A stretch of 64,000 nt of DNA. Origin: an uncultured bacterium (GTDB taxonomy: Bacteria > Patescibacteriota > Saccharimonadia > UBA4664). This document shows positions 49,771-57,789 of this stretch, piece by piece. The notes beneath the pieces are model-generated. The model ran no database searches, had not been told where the DNA came from, and saw only the letters and a list, made by a program, of their open reading frames with translations. Numbering within the stretch: the first letter of the stretch is position 1; the number at the start of each line of letters is the position of its first letter. The position numbers were made by a program, and so were the translations under genes. Location: positions 325,916-389,915 of the forward strand of contig CAVRET010000001.1 of assembly GCA_963720265.1 (NCBI GenBank), written 5' to 3'.

Positions 49771-49948
49771 CGGTGGTTTTATTTTAGCATTGTGATCGAT
49801 GTCTGGTTGTTGTTTGGTATCATGAGATCGATATGATGCCGTACATTGGCGAATGAAGGATTTGCTCGATGAGCAGTGTGGGGACGCTTGAGTACCACAA
49901 GCGCCGAATCCGGCGGCTGGAGAAAATCCGAACGTGGTAAATAATTCC

Positions 49949-50034
49949 TGGTGCCGGGTGAGAGATTCGAACTCCCGAAGACTAATGTCAGCTGATTTAC
50001 AGTCAGCCCTCGTTGGCCACTTGAGTAACCCGGC
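49949..50034 (-). tRNA. tRNA-Tyr(GTA)
   Basis: GCCGGGTTACTCAAGTGGCCAACGAGGGCTGACTGTAAATCAGC...GTTCGAATCTCTCACCCGGCACCA, with long variable arm. Confidence 0.96.
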
Positions 50035-50111
50035 ATAATATTTGACTAGAAAATTGTACCCCGATTCTGTGCCTGCAACAAGGACACGACGCGGAGCTGC
50101 ATATAAAACAA

Positions 50112-50187
50112 TGGAGCCACCTGTCGGATTCGAACCGACGACCTTCACTTTACAAAAGTGCTGCTCTAGCCGCTGAGCTAAGGTGGC
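50112..50187 (-). tRNA. tRNA-Thr(TGT)
   Basis: GCCACCTTAGCTCAGCGGCTAGAGCAGCACTTTTGTAAAGTGAAGGTCGTCGGTTCGAATCCGACAGGTGGCTCCA. Confidence 0.95.
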
Positions 50188-50192
50188 GTGTA

Positions 50193-50602
50193 TTATGTGT
50201 TCTTGACGTGCTTAAGCCGTCTCCAGGCGCGACCTATCCCCTTGTTTAGGTTTCTGTAGCTAGAAGTCAGAGCGTGGCAATTTGGGCAGATTAGACGGAG
50301 ATTATTTTCAGAATTGTTGTCTGCATTACCGTCTATGTGGTCTACTTCGAGCGGAACGACCCCCGTAGCAGGATTCGTTTGGCTCCAGTTGCAAGTGAGC
50401 ACGCATTTTGGTACTTCTCTAGCAGGTATCGACGGACGTGTCTCGAAATATCTTTGGCGTTAATACCTCGTGACCCTGATTCGAGGCCCACCTCCCAGCG
50501 CTGGATATAGGATAGGTATTAGTATTCGATTTGACAGCGATTGGAGCAGTAAACTCGGTTACGGCTAGCTGGCTTTTTCCCACAAAGTCTGCGAGCTGTC
50601 AT
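50193..50602 (-). pseudogene. Degraded HNH endonuclease directly upstream of tRNA-Thr
   Basis: MTARRLCGKK..YCSNRCQIEY*YLSYIQRW...RRYLLEKYQNACSL, then a frameshift, then CNW...LEVDHIDGNADNNSENNLRLICPNCH; carries an in-frame TAA plus a 1-nt frameshift. Confidence 0.8.
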
Positions 50603-50657
50603 ACATGGCATTTTAACCTATCTAAGGCACTTTTTTCCAGTTCCTGCGGTTCGAACG

Positions 50658-51380
50658 TCATTTTGAGGGCTTGGAGCGACCTGTGTCGCCGGCGGCTCTA
50701 GCCTCTTTATGTTGGTCGTGCGGCTTATCAAGGCCAAGGCGGCGCAGCGCGGCTGCATTGGTGGGGTCAACTTCGCGTAACTTGCGCCAAGCCTTGGCTG
50801 CCGCCACTGGGCGTTCGGCTTCATCGCAGGTTTCGGCCAGCATTTGCAGGGTGCGCTTGTTCGGCTCAAGCTCAACGGCAGCCTCCAGCGACGTGATGGC
50901 GTCTTGCAGGTTGCCGAGTTTGGCCTGGGCCCGACTTAAGCCTACGTAGCGGGCAGCGGTGGGCTCAAACATGATAGCTTTTTGAAAGGCAGCGATGGCT
51001 TTCATGAGATTACGGTTATCGAGATACGCGAGGGCGAGATTCTGTAGCGTGGTACCGGACGGGTGCAAACGGGCTGCAATGCCGAAGCATTCGATGGCGT
51101 CAGGCAGATTTTTTTGAGTGGAATAAATAATACCAAGGTGACTATAGGCTGTGACATTTTTGTGGTCGAGCTTGAGTACACTGAGATAGGCTTTTTCGGC
51201 CGCCAGCCATTTTTTTTCAGCAAACAGCCGATCCGCGTATGACACGAGCTGGGTTAATTTAGTGGTCTGGGGCGGGGCGGGTGTAAGCGGAGCCGCTGAA
51301 GCTGCAGGCGCGACTTCGAGACGACTTAGATTGTGCCATAAAATAATAATCGCCGCTAGGATAACAAGCGCCGGACTCAT
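50658..51380 (-). CDS. Membrane-anchored TPR protein
   Basis: N-terminal TM followed by about 5 TPR repeats. Confidence 0.85.
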   Translation of the reverse strand: MSPALVILAAIIILWHNLSRLEVAPAASAAPLTPAPPQTTKLTQLVSYADRLFAEKKWLAAEKAYLSVLKLDHKNVTAYSHLGIIYSTQKNLPDAIECFGIAARLHPSGTTLQNLALAYLDNRNLMKAIAAFQKAIMFEPTAARYVGLSRAQAKLGNLQDAITSLEAAVELEPNKRTLQMLAETCDEAERPVAAAKAWRKLREVDPTNAAALRRLGLDKPHDQHKEARAAGDTGRSKPSK

Positions 51381-52282
51381 CCCGTGAGCTCCAGCATGAG
51401 TGTTTCGATGGCAACCCTAGATGTAACGCCGGCGGCGAGGCGTTTTCGAAATCGAACAAGTGCGGCAAAGCCGGGTGCTGCCGCGGCCGGAGCAGCACCA
51501 GTGGTAATGCGCGTGCTCAGCAGGGCCTGGAGGTAGCGGGCGAATTGTAGCAGATCGGCTTGATTACCGGCGGCGAGCCGGGCGCCAAGCAGTAAACGCT
51601 CAAACAGAGATTGGCCCAAGACGGCTACAGCCGCGGCGTGAAGCTCGCGGTCCGCGGCCATGAGTTCAGGGCTGGCTGCTAGCGCCAGTGCCCGGCCGGG
51701 AAGGTTCTCTGCCCTGGCGACAAGTTGTTCAATCGCCGCGGACGTTAGCTCGGGATAACGCTCGGCTACGAGCTTTATTACTGCGGTTTGTGATGGTGCC
51801 GGGAAGTAAACCGCAATGCAGCGTGAGCGGATAGTGGCCAGCAATCCCTGTGGTTCGCTGGTAACAAGCACTATGAGGGCTCCGGCAGGCGGCTCCTCGA
51901 TGAGTTTTAACAAAGCGTTTTGGGCGTCGACCGTTAAGGCCTGGGCGTCATCAATGAGCACCGACCTGACTGATCTGGGCCGATACGCCCGGTCGGCTAG
52001 TGCGGTTGTCAGCCGGCGTACTTGTTCAATCGCGATCGTAGGGCGATCGGTTGGCGCAAGGTAGTGAAAATCCGGGTAGGCATCAGCCGTAAAAGCCCGG
52101 CAGACCGGGCAAGCTGCCACGCTGTCGGCGTGATGATCCGGGCAGGCTAACTGTCTGGCCAGATCACGGGCGGCCGCGGCTTTGCCGACCTGCGGCGGGC
52201 CGAAAAATATATAGCTACCGAGGCGACCAGCGGTGAGGCGGGCGAGCATTGCCTTGGGCCGGTCATGCAAAAGCACACTCAT
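51377..52282 (-). CDS. holB: DNA polymerase III delta-prime subunit
   Basis: YIFFGPPQVGK, CPVC, PDF, AQNALLKLIEEPP and LLATIRSRC motifs. Confidence 0.9.
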   Translation of the reverse strand: MSVLLHDRPKAMLARLTAGRLGSYIFFGPPQVGKAAAARDLARQLACPDHHADSVAACPVCRAFTADAYPDFHYLAPTDRPTIAIEQVRRLTTALADRAYRPRSVRSVLIDDAQALTVDAQNALLKLIEEPPAGALIVLVTSEPQGLLATIRSRCIAVYFPAPSQTAVIKLVAERYPELTSAAIEQLVARAENLPGRALALAASPELMAADRELHAAAVAVLGQSLFERLLLGARLAAGNQADLLQFARYLQALLSTRITTGAAPAAAAPGFAALVRFRKRLAAGVTSRVAIETLMLELTG

Positions 52283-52293
52283 GATAATGAGTA

Positions 52294-53190
52294 TTATACC
52301 TGGTTTTGGAGTCTGGCGAGGACTGTGGCAAGGTCGGACGGTAACTGGCTCACCAGGTGCAGTTGCTTGCCATTTGGGGCTGTAAATTCGAGCTCGGCGG
52401 CGTGGAGAAACTGGCGTTTCAGCCCAAGCGGCCGAGTTTTGGGTCCATACACGATATCTCCGGCAACGGGGTGACCGAGTGCGGCCAAATGCACTCGAAT
52501 TTGGTGTGTCCGGCCAGTTTGCGGTTTAACCTCGATCTGACTATACCCGGGATACGTCTCGAGTGTGCGGTAGGTTGTTATAGCCGGCTTGCCGGTGGAA
52601 GTAACCAGACGCCGCAGGGGACGGGCCGGGTCGCGGCTGAGCGGCAGGTCAATGGCGGCGGCGGGGGGCTTGAGGGTGCCGATTGCAAGTGCCCGGTAGG
52701 TTTTATGAACGGTGCGCTTGCGGAATTGTTGTTGCAGTACCGCTTTGGCCGCAGTGGTTTTGGCAATGACGAGGAGGCCGGAAGTGTCGCGGTCGAGCCG
52801 GTGTACAATGCCGGGACGCTCCGGGTCCGGGTCGGTAGTGCGCTGCCTGGCGAAGTCGGCCACGGTCGAACTACCGCCGAGCCTGGCTGGGTGTACCGTA
52901 AGGCCGGCCGGTTTATCAACGACCAGCAAATCGGCATCTTCGTAGATGACTGTAAGCACAGGTGCGGCGCTGGGTAGCGGCGCTTTGGGAAGTTCTAGGT
53001 CAATCTCATCTCCCGGTTGGACTGCATAGCTCGCCCGTTCCGGCTGGTTGTTTACGCTTACCGAACCGTTTTTCAATAGTCGTCCGACAAAGCTGCGGGT
53101 TTGGCCGGTGGCAGATGCCAAGAAAACATCAAGCCGCCCAGGCCCAGCGTCTGCAGGAACGGTCAAGTGGGTTGGTGAATTTTCGGTCAC
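52294..53190 (-). CDS. rluD: RluA/RluD family pseudouridine synthase with S4 domain
   Basis: RLDVFLA, VVDKPAGLTVHP, GIVHRLDRDTSG, TGRTHQIRVH and QFLHA motifs. Confidence 0.9.
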   Translation of the reverse strand: MTENSPTHLTVPADAGPGRLDVFLASATGQTRSFVGRLLKNGSVSVNNQPERASYAVQPGDEIDLELPKAPLPSAAPVLTVIYEDADLLVVDKPAGLTVHPARLGGSSTVADFARQRTTDPDPERPGIVHRLDRDTSGLLVIAKTTAAKAVLQQQFRKRTVHKTYRALAIGTLKPPAAAIDLPLSRDPARPLRRLVTSTGKPAITTYRTLETYPGYSQIEVKPQTGRTHQIRVHLAALGHPVAGDIVYGPKTRPLGLKRQFLHAAELEFTAPNGKQLHLVSQLPSDLATVLARLQNQV

Positions 53191-54182
53191 CGGATGAGTG
53201 CGGAGGCAGATGTGAGTTCGCGTTTGGGTCCGAGAATAATCAGCCGGTCGCCTGGATAAATGATTTCTTGACCGGTTGGGCGGACGCGACTCACGCCGTC
53301 GGCGCCGTTAATGGCAATTACGGTGGCACCGATTTGACCTTCGGCCAGTGATTTGCCAAGCCGATGCCCGGCCAGTTTGGAGTGCTCTCCTACTACCATC
53401 TCTTCGACTTCGAGATCAGCGTGGTCGGCTTTACTGGAGATAATATCCATATAATCGACCACGTTGGGTCTGAGCGCCATGGATGCCATATGGTAGCCGC
53501 CGATCTGATACGGCATGGCGACGCGGTTGGCGCCGGCCCGTTTGAGTTTGATTTCGTTTTCCGGCCGGTTGGCGCGGGCCACAATGTAAAGGTTTGGATT
53601 AAGCGAGCGAGCGGCGAGCGTGACGAACAGGTTAAGCGAATCCTCGCCTAAACAGGCCACGAGTCCGGCGGCCCGGCTGACGCCAACTTGCTGGAGCGTC
53701 TCCTCGGCCGTTGAGTCGAGCGGCAACGCATTGTAGCCCTTCGTTAGCGCGTCGGTGACCTTGGCTTGATCACGGTCAAGTCCAACAAACGGCACACCCT
53801 CGTGCTCCATTTCGGCTGCCACTTGGGCGCCGACTCGTCCGAGGCCGCAAATTATGTAATGATCCTTTAGCTTGTCGACTTTGGCCTTCACCCGAAACTT
53901 CCGCACGTTATCGCTTAAGCCCATCATATATTCGGCCAGCCATTTGAGCAAATAGGCGATAAGGGCGAGGCTTGATAGGGTAAGGAAGATAACTAGGGCC
54001 CGCGATACCGGGTCCGTTAGTTGGAGACTGTCGGAGCGATCGAGCAGGATAATGAGGGTTTCATAAAAAGCATTGCCCGGCGATACGTGGCCGGACCAAA
54101 CAAACCCCACCGTGCCAATTACAACTACGACACCCGTAATTATGGACAGCCGCCAGACTGTGCGAGCGTTGTGTTCTTGCAT
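53187..54182 (-). CDS. Potassium channel protein with TrkA-N/TrkA-C (RCK) domains; pore signature degenerate
   Basis: Two TM helices; HYIICGLGRVG, IVARA and GDRLIILG; no TVGYG filter visible. Confidence 0.85.
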   Translation of the reverse strand: MQEHNARTVWRLSIITGVVVVIGTVGFVWSGHVSPGNAFYETLIILLDRSDSLQLTDPVSRALVIFLTLSSLALIAYLLKWLAEYMMGLSDNVRKFRVKAKVDKLKDHYIICGLGRVGAQVAAEMEHEGVPFVGLDRDQAKVTDALTKGYNALPLDSTAEETLQQVGVSRAAGLVACLGEDSLNLFVTLAARSLNPNLYIVARANRPENEIKLKRAGANRVAMPYQIGGYHMASMALRPNVVDYMDIISSKADHADLEVEEMVVGEHSKLAGHRLGKSLAEGQIGATVIAINGADGVSRVRPTGQEIIYPGDRLIILGPKRELTSASALIR

Positions 54183-54244
54183 GTACTTGTATTATACCGC
54201 TTGAGGTTTGGTTGGTGCCAGAATGCGCACGACGTAGGGTGATG

Positions 54245-54290
54245 TAGACCGACCATTTCCGGTAGTAGCACCCGAGAAATGGTCGGTCTA
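54245..54290 (-). terminator. 15-bp perfect inverted repeat at the end of the WhiB block
   Basis: tagaccgaccatttc ... gaaatggtcggtcta, overlapping the 54288 stop codon. Confidence 0.7.
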
Positions 54291-54806
54291 GGCAACAGGT
54301 TGGATGAGCTGGTAAGCGTTGGGGCGTGTGCCGATTCCACGCTCAACTTGCAGCAACCCTTGCTCAACCATGGCCATTCTCACGGCATACATGAGATCGC
54401 GGCGAAACGGCAATTCGTGCTCATCCGCCAGTACGTTCAGCTCGATGTCACTGCCTTCCCAGCATCCCTGTTCGTTGCAGATGATGCGCAGAAGCTTGAG
54501 CGCGGCGTCGGCAAGGCGTGCGATAACGAGAGGCCCACCTGTGGGGTACTTTCGCCAAACCCGCAAGATCGCTTCTCGCCCATCGGAGGTTGGCAGAAGG
54601 TTGGCAAACTGAACTCGTTCGGCGGGTTGCATGCCGCCCCACATGTCATCTGGAATGTTGTGTTCAAGGGCGTGGTCGAGACATTTGGATAGTACCGGGC
54701 AAGACCAGCAAATGCTTCTTGCGTATGTCTGTTGACCTAGAGCGTGAAAATGTATTTTGCCAGTGACCGCACAGGCGGCGCGGCTATACCATTCGGGTTC
54801 AGACAT
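54288..54806 (-). CDS. WhiB-family domain fused to a C-terminal winged-helix-like domain
   Basis: WYSRAAC...ARSICWSCPVLSKCLDHAL...MWGGMQPAER (4 Cys plus WGG); C-terminal MVEQGLLQVERG..RPNAYQL. Confidence 0.8.
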   Translation of the reverse strand: MSEPEWYSRAACAVTGKIHFHALGQQTYARSICWSCPVLSKCLDHALEHNIPDDMWGGMQPAERVQFANLLPTSDGREAILRVWRKYPTGGPLVIARLADAALKLLRIICNEQGCWEGSDIELNVLADEHELPFRRDLMYAVRMAMVEQGLLQVERGIGTRPNAYQLIQPVA

Positions 54807-54847
54807 TCGTCCAGCCTCTCCTGATTGAGTGGTCGTAATAGTGATAT

Positions 54848-54907
54848 CGCTTGAGGCCCGGCTTTCGTCGCTCTTTTGCGCGTGGGTCGCGAGTTGACAA
54901 GCCGGCC
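54848..54907 (-). repeat. Degenerate partial copy of the rpsI 3' region (copy 3)
   Basis: 54/60 identity by hand alignment to 57425-57484; encodes AGLSTRDPRAKERRKPGLKR. Confidence 0.9.
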
Positions 54908-54936
54908 GTCCCCGTCTGATCAGGGAACGGCCGGCC
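54901..54936 (-). terminator. GC hairpin homologous to the hairpin at 56561-56596
   Basis: gccggccgtcccc...gggaacggccggc. Confidence 0.65.
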
Positions 54937-54971
54937 TTAGTGGAGAGCAGCTCGAGTCGGATGAGTGCCCG

Positions 54972-55619
54972 CTAGGCGGCGATCTCGGAATCATCGAGAT
55001 CGAGCACCAGCTGTAGGGCGTACCACGTCTCGAGCGTGCCGGTGATGTTGAGCCAGCCGCACTGCAGTCCGTAGTCGAGTACGGCAACAGCGGCGTCGTA
55101 ATCATCGGCGAACCGGGTTTCCTTGAATGCGTCGCACACGAGACCGACCGCTATCGAACTCCTGCTGGATCCGGTCATTGTGTGGCCCGGCCGTCCCAGG
55201 AGGTAGGCCGTGACCAGTGCCCGCTGGTCAGACAGGAGGTTGCGGGGGCGACGGCGGATTTGAGCCGGCGGCCACGGCGGTTTGGGCAGCATCTCCCGAA
55301 GCACTGAGGCGAGCTCGGCCGGCGGGGCCGAAACGAGCTGGAGGTCGTAAAGGCCGGTGAGCCTGGCGATACGCCAGTGCACGAGCGTGTTGTCGAGTGT
55401 TGCTAGGAGCCTAACGTAGCCGCCTTGGAACTCGACGGCGCGGCAGAGCTCGGCGAATGCGGTCCGTCCCTGTATTCGCATCTTCGCACAGTTGAGCAAA
55501 TACCCAACTACGCGGCAGCACAGGACCGGGCCGGAGTCCAGGAACAATCGCCACTGTTCGTCGGTAACGACGTCCTTTCGCGGATCGCGAGGAGGCGCCT
55601 CCATGGTGTCTGCTGCCAT
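54972..55619 (-). CDS. Orphan two-domain protein (possible winged helix), ending ...EIAA
   Basis: 215-aa GC-rich ORF with a Pro-rich central linker; purine-rich RBS. Confidence 0.65.
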   Translation of the reverse strand: MAADTMEAPPRDPRKDVVTDEQWRLFLDSGPVLCCRVVGYLLNCAKMRIQGRTAFAELCRAVEFQGGYVRLLATLDNTLVHWRIARLTGLYDLQLVSAPPAELASVLREMLPKPPWPPAQIRRRPRNLLSDQRALVTAYLLGRPGHTMTGSSRSSIAVGLVCDAFKETRFADDYDAAVAVLDYGLQCGWLNITGTLETWYALQLVLDLDDSEIAA

Positions 55620-55750
55620 TTTTCCCCCTTCGCGGAAATTGGCAGGGATAGGGTCGATTGGCTTGGCTTATATTTCGAGTTACAACTGCAACCGTGGCCA
55701 TTATTTCAGATACATGAAGTTCGGTCAAAAACAAGCCCTCGGCGTGCGAA

Positions 55751-55792
55751 GCCGCCCGTTTCTGCTCATTTAACATAGCAGAGACGGGCGGC
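55751..55792 (-). terminator. 16-bp hairpin downstream of whiB4
   Basis: gccgcccgtttctgct ... agcagagacgggcggc. Confidence 0.7.
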
Positions 55793-55876
55793 GACGAGGA
55801 TCCGGCGGTGCCGGCCCTTGAGTGGCCGCTAGGGCCAGATTGCGGAGCGGCGATATTGTGAACGACGTTCGTCCGC

Positions 55877-56251
55877 TTAGCGCAGATGTCCGGCTCGAAG
55901 CATGGCCGTTACCGGCGCACTTTGGACGGCTTCAATGAGATCGAAGGGTACGTTCGTGACAAAATCGTCGGCGGACTGTCGTTCGTACTCCTCGCGAGCG
56001 AGTTGGAGAAGCTCGCGCCACGAGGTGACCGCAGACCTGCGTCGCAAAAGGGCTCTGCGCTCGCGCTCGGTCATGCCGCCCCAGACACCGAATTCGATGC
56101 CGTTGTCGAGCGCATCGGCCAGGCACTCGGTGCGAACCGGGCACCCGCGACAGATGAGTTTCGCGCGGTTCTGAGCCGCACCTTGGACGAACAGTTCGTT
56201 CGTATCGGTGCCTTTGCAGGCGGCGCGAGTGGTCCAGTCGGTGATCCACAT
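55877..56251 (-). CDS. whiB4: WhiB4/WblA-type Fe-S transcriptional regulator
   Basis: ELFVQGAAQNRAK..C.GCPVRTECLADALDN.IEFGVWGGMTERERRALLRRR..VTSWR matches Streptomyces WblA as I recall it; AAGGAG Shine-Dalgarno. Confidence 0.92.
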   Translation of the reverse strand: MWITDWTTRAACKGTDTNELFVQGAAQNRAKLICRGCPVRTECLADALDNGIEFGVWGGMTERERRALLRRRSAVTSWRELLQLAREEYERQSADDFVTNVPFDLIEAVQSAPVTAMLRAGHLR

Positions 56252-56443
56252 CTTTTGCTCCTTTGTTCCTCGGGGAACGGTGCTACACGTACCCCCAAGG
56301 GACGTGCTTGTGGTGTTATTCTACAATAATTGTGCGGTTGTTTTGACATTTTTTTAGATGTTTTGGCAGGAAGAGTGTGTGGCCGTAGTTTCGCGTAGCA
56401 AAAAACGACCCCGGTAGGCCGTTTCTTTCATTTTTTGGGTTGT

Positions 56444-56538
56444 TCAGCGCTTGGAGAACCGTGACGCTTTGCGGGCGCGCTTGTGGCCCGGCTTCCGTCA
56501 CTTTTTTTGCGCGTTGGTTGCGAGTTAATAGGCCGGCC
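56444..56538 (-). repeat. Degenerate copy of the rpsI 3' end including the stop codon (copy 2)
   Basis: Aligns to 57391-57484 with 3 mismatches in the stop-proximal 51 nt and one indel further in; followed by a T-tailed hairpin at 56400-56424. Confidence 0.92.
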
Positions 56539-56560
56539 ATGCAGTGCGTGAAAAAAGCCA

Positions 56561-56596
56561 GCCGGCCGCCCCCAGGTGGTACGGGGACGGCCGGGC
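56561..56596 (-). terminator. GC hairpin with T tract after the 56634..57227 gene
   Basis: gccggccgcccc...ggggacggccgg with aaaaaa on its left (T6 on the minus strand). Confidence 0.7.
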
Positions 56597-56633
56597 GTGT
56601 TGCGGTGCCACTCGACATTGACCTGCGTGCCCG

Positions 56634-57227
56634 CTAGGCGGCCGTCGCGCTGGTGGTAAGCGCTTGTGAAGCGTAGTAAAGCTCCGCTCCAGGACTGCGC
56701 AGCCAGGTGATGCGAACGCCGGCGAAATCCGTGTCACCGATCAGTTCGTGCGCTGCCATTGCACGGATCTGAGTGCGCGCGCGAGCGGTGGGTATCCCGG
56801 CCCGGCGGGCGAAGTCTACGTCGGACAGTCCAGCGAGGCTGTAGTCGGTACGCGGTCCCAGCTCGATCAGGAATGTGAGCATCACCGCGACCAGCGCAGG
56901 ATCTGGACTAATCGTCGGCTTAGGGGGCCGATAGTTGGGCGGGTCTGCCATGAGCTTGAGCACCGGCATCTGTGCGGGATCGGTATTTACAGTGATGGTA
57001 GTTTCGACCGATGCCGGCAGGGAGACCGTAAAGACGCCGACGCCGTGCGATGTGGTGACGAGGTTCTCTTTGCGTGTCTCGGCCAACGTATCGATGACCT
57101 GGCCGATGCCAGACCACCCCAGTGCGTCCCGGATCCGGCGATAGGCGGTGACCACGGTGGCGCCGGTTATTGGCCCTTGGCTGAGTAGATCGAGAAGTTG
57201 GTTTACTTGGGCGTCCACTCGTGACAC
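56634..57227 (-). CDS. Orphan two-domain protein (possible HTH/winged helix), ending ...ATAA; start possibly GTG 57218
   Basis: 197 aa; LSDVDFARRAGIPTARARTQIRAMAAHELI is HTH-like; GGAGGTG Shine-Dalgarno. Confidence 0.65.
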   Translation of the reverse strand: MSRVDAQVNQLLDLLSQGPITGATVVTAYRRIRDALGWSGIGQVIDTLAETRKENLVTTSHGVGVFTVSLPASVETTITVNTDPAQMPVLKLMADPPNYRPPKPTISPDPALVAVMLTFLIELGPRTDYSLAGLSDVDFARRAGIPTARARTQIRAMAAHELIGDTDFAGVRITWLRSPGAELYYASQALTTSATAA

Positions 57228-57390
57228 CTCCGGTTGTCATTGGCCGAGAGCTAGTGTGCACTCGGGAACGGGTTGCGTTCTGTCGCAAGCCGAGTCAAGG
57301 CTCAACGTAATTATTACTGAATTTCGGGAATTATCCTAGTGCTTGAGATGAGCATGAAACGGATCGTGAAGGGGTGGAATTCGGACCGGA

Positions 57391-57789
57391 TTAGCGCTTG
57401 GAGAACTGTGACGCTTTGCGGGCGCGCTTGAGGCCCGGCTTTTGCCGCTCTTTTTCGCGCGGGTCACGAGTTAACAAGCCGGCCTTTCTGAGGGTTGGAT
57501 GAAGGTCGGTGCTCATGACTTGAAGGGCGCGGGCGATGGCTAGTTTGGCGGCATCGGCCTGGCCACGCTTGCCGCCGCCTTTGAGGTTTAGCGTAATGCG
57601 TAACTTTTGTTCTTGGCCGGCCAACTTAACCGGACTCTCGACCGCTGTAAGCAGGGCTGCATTGTTGAAATAATCGGCAGCAGGGCGCTCGCCTACTAGG
57701 ATTTCGCCTTTGCCGGGGTAGATTCTAACCGTGGCAATGGCGGCCTTGCGCCGGCCGCGGGCGTAGTGATAATGCTGGGCATCAGCCAT
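57391..57789 (-). CDS. rpsI: 30S ribosomal protein S9
   Basis: GRRKAAIATV...GGGKRGQA...LLTRDPREKERQKPGLKRARKASQFSKR. Confidence 0.98.
   Translation of the reverse strand: MADAQHYHYARGRRKAAIATVRIYPGKGEILVGERPAADYFNNAALLTAVESPVKLAGQEQKLRITLNLKGGGKRGQADAAKLAIARALQVMSTDLHPTLRKAGLLTRDPREKERQKPGLKRARKASQFSKR

Noticed and set aside
49771-50148. N-terminal extension of the 330-aa ORF, and likewise of the 520-aa and 351-aa ORFs at 15266-15480
   Set aside because: These extensions run through tRNA genes, and better starts exist downstream.
56316-56618. 100-aa ORF containing AGLLTR
   Set aside because: Chance read-through of a hairpin and the frameshifted rpsI tail copy, not a second S9 gene.
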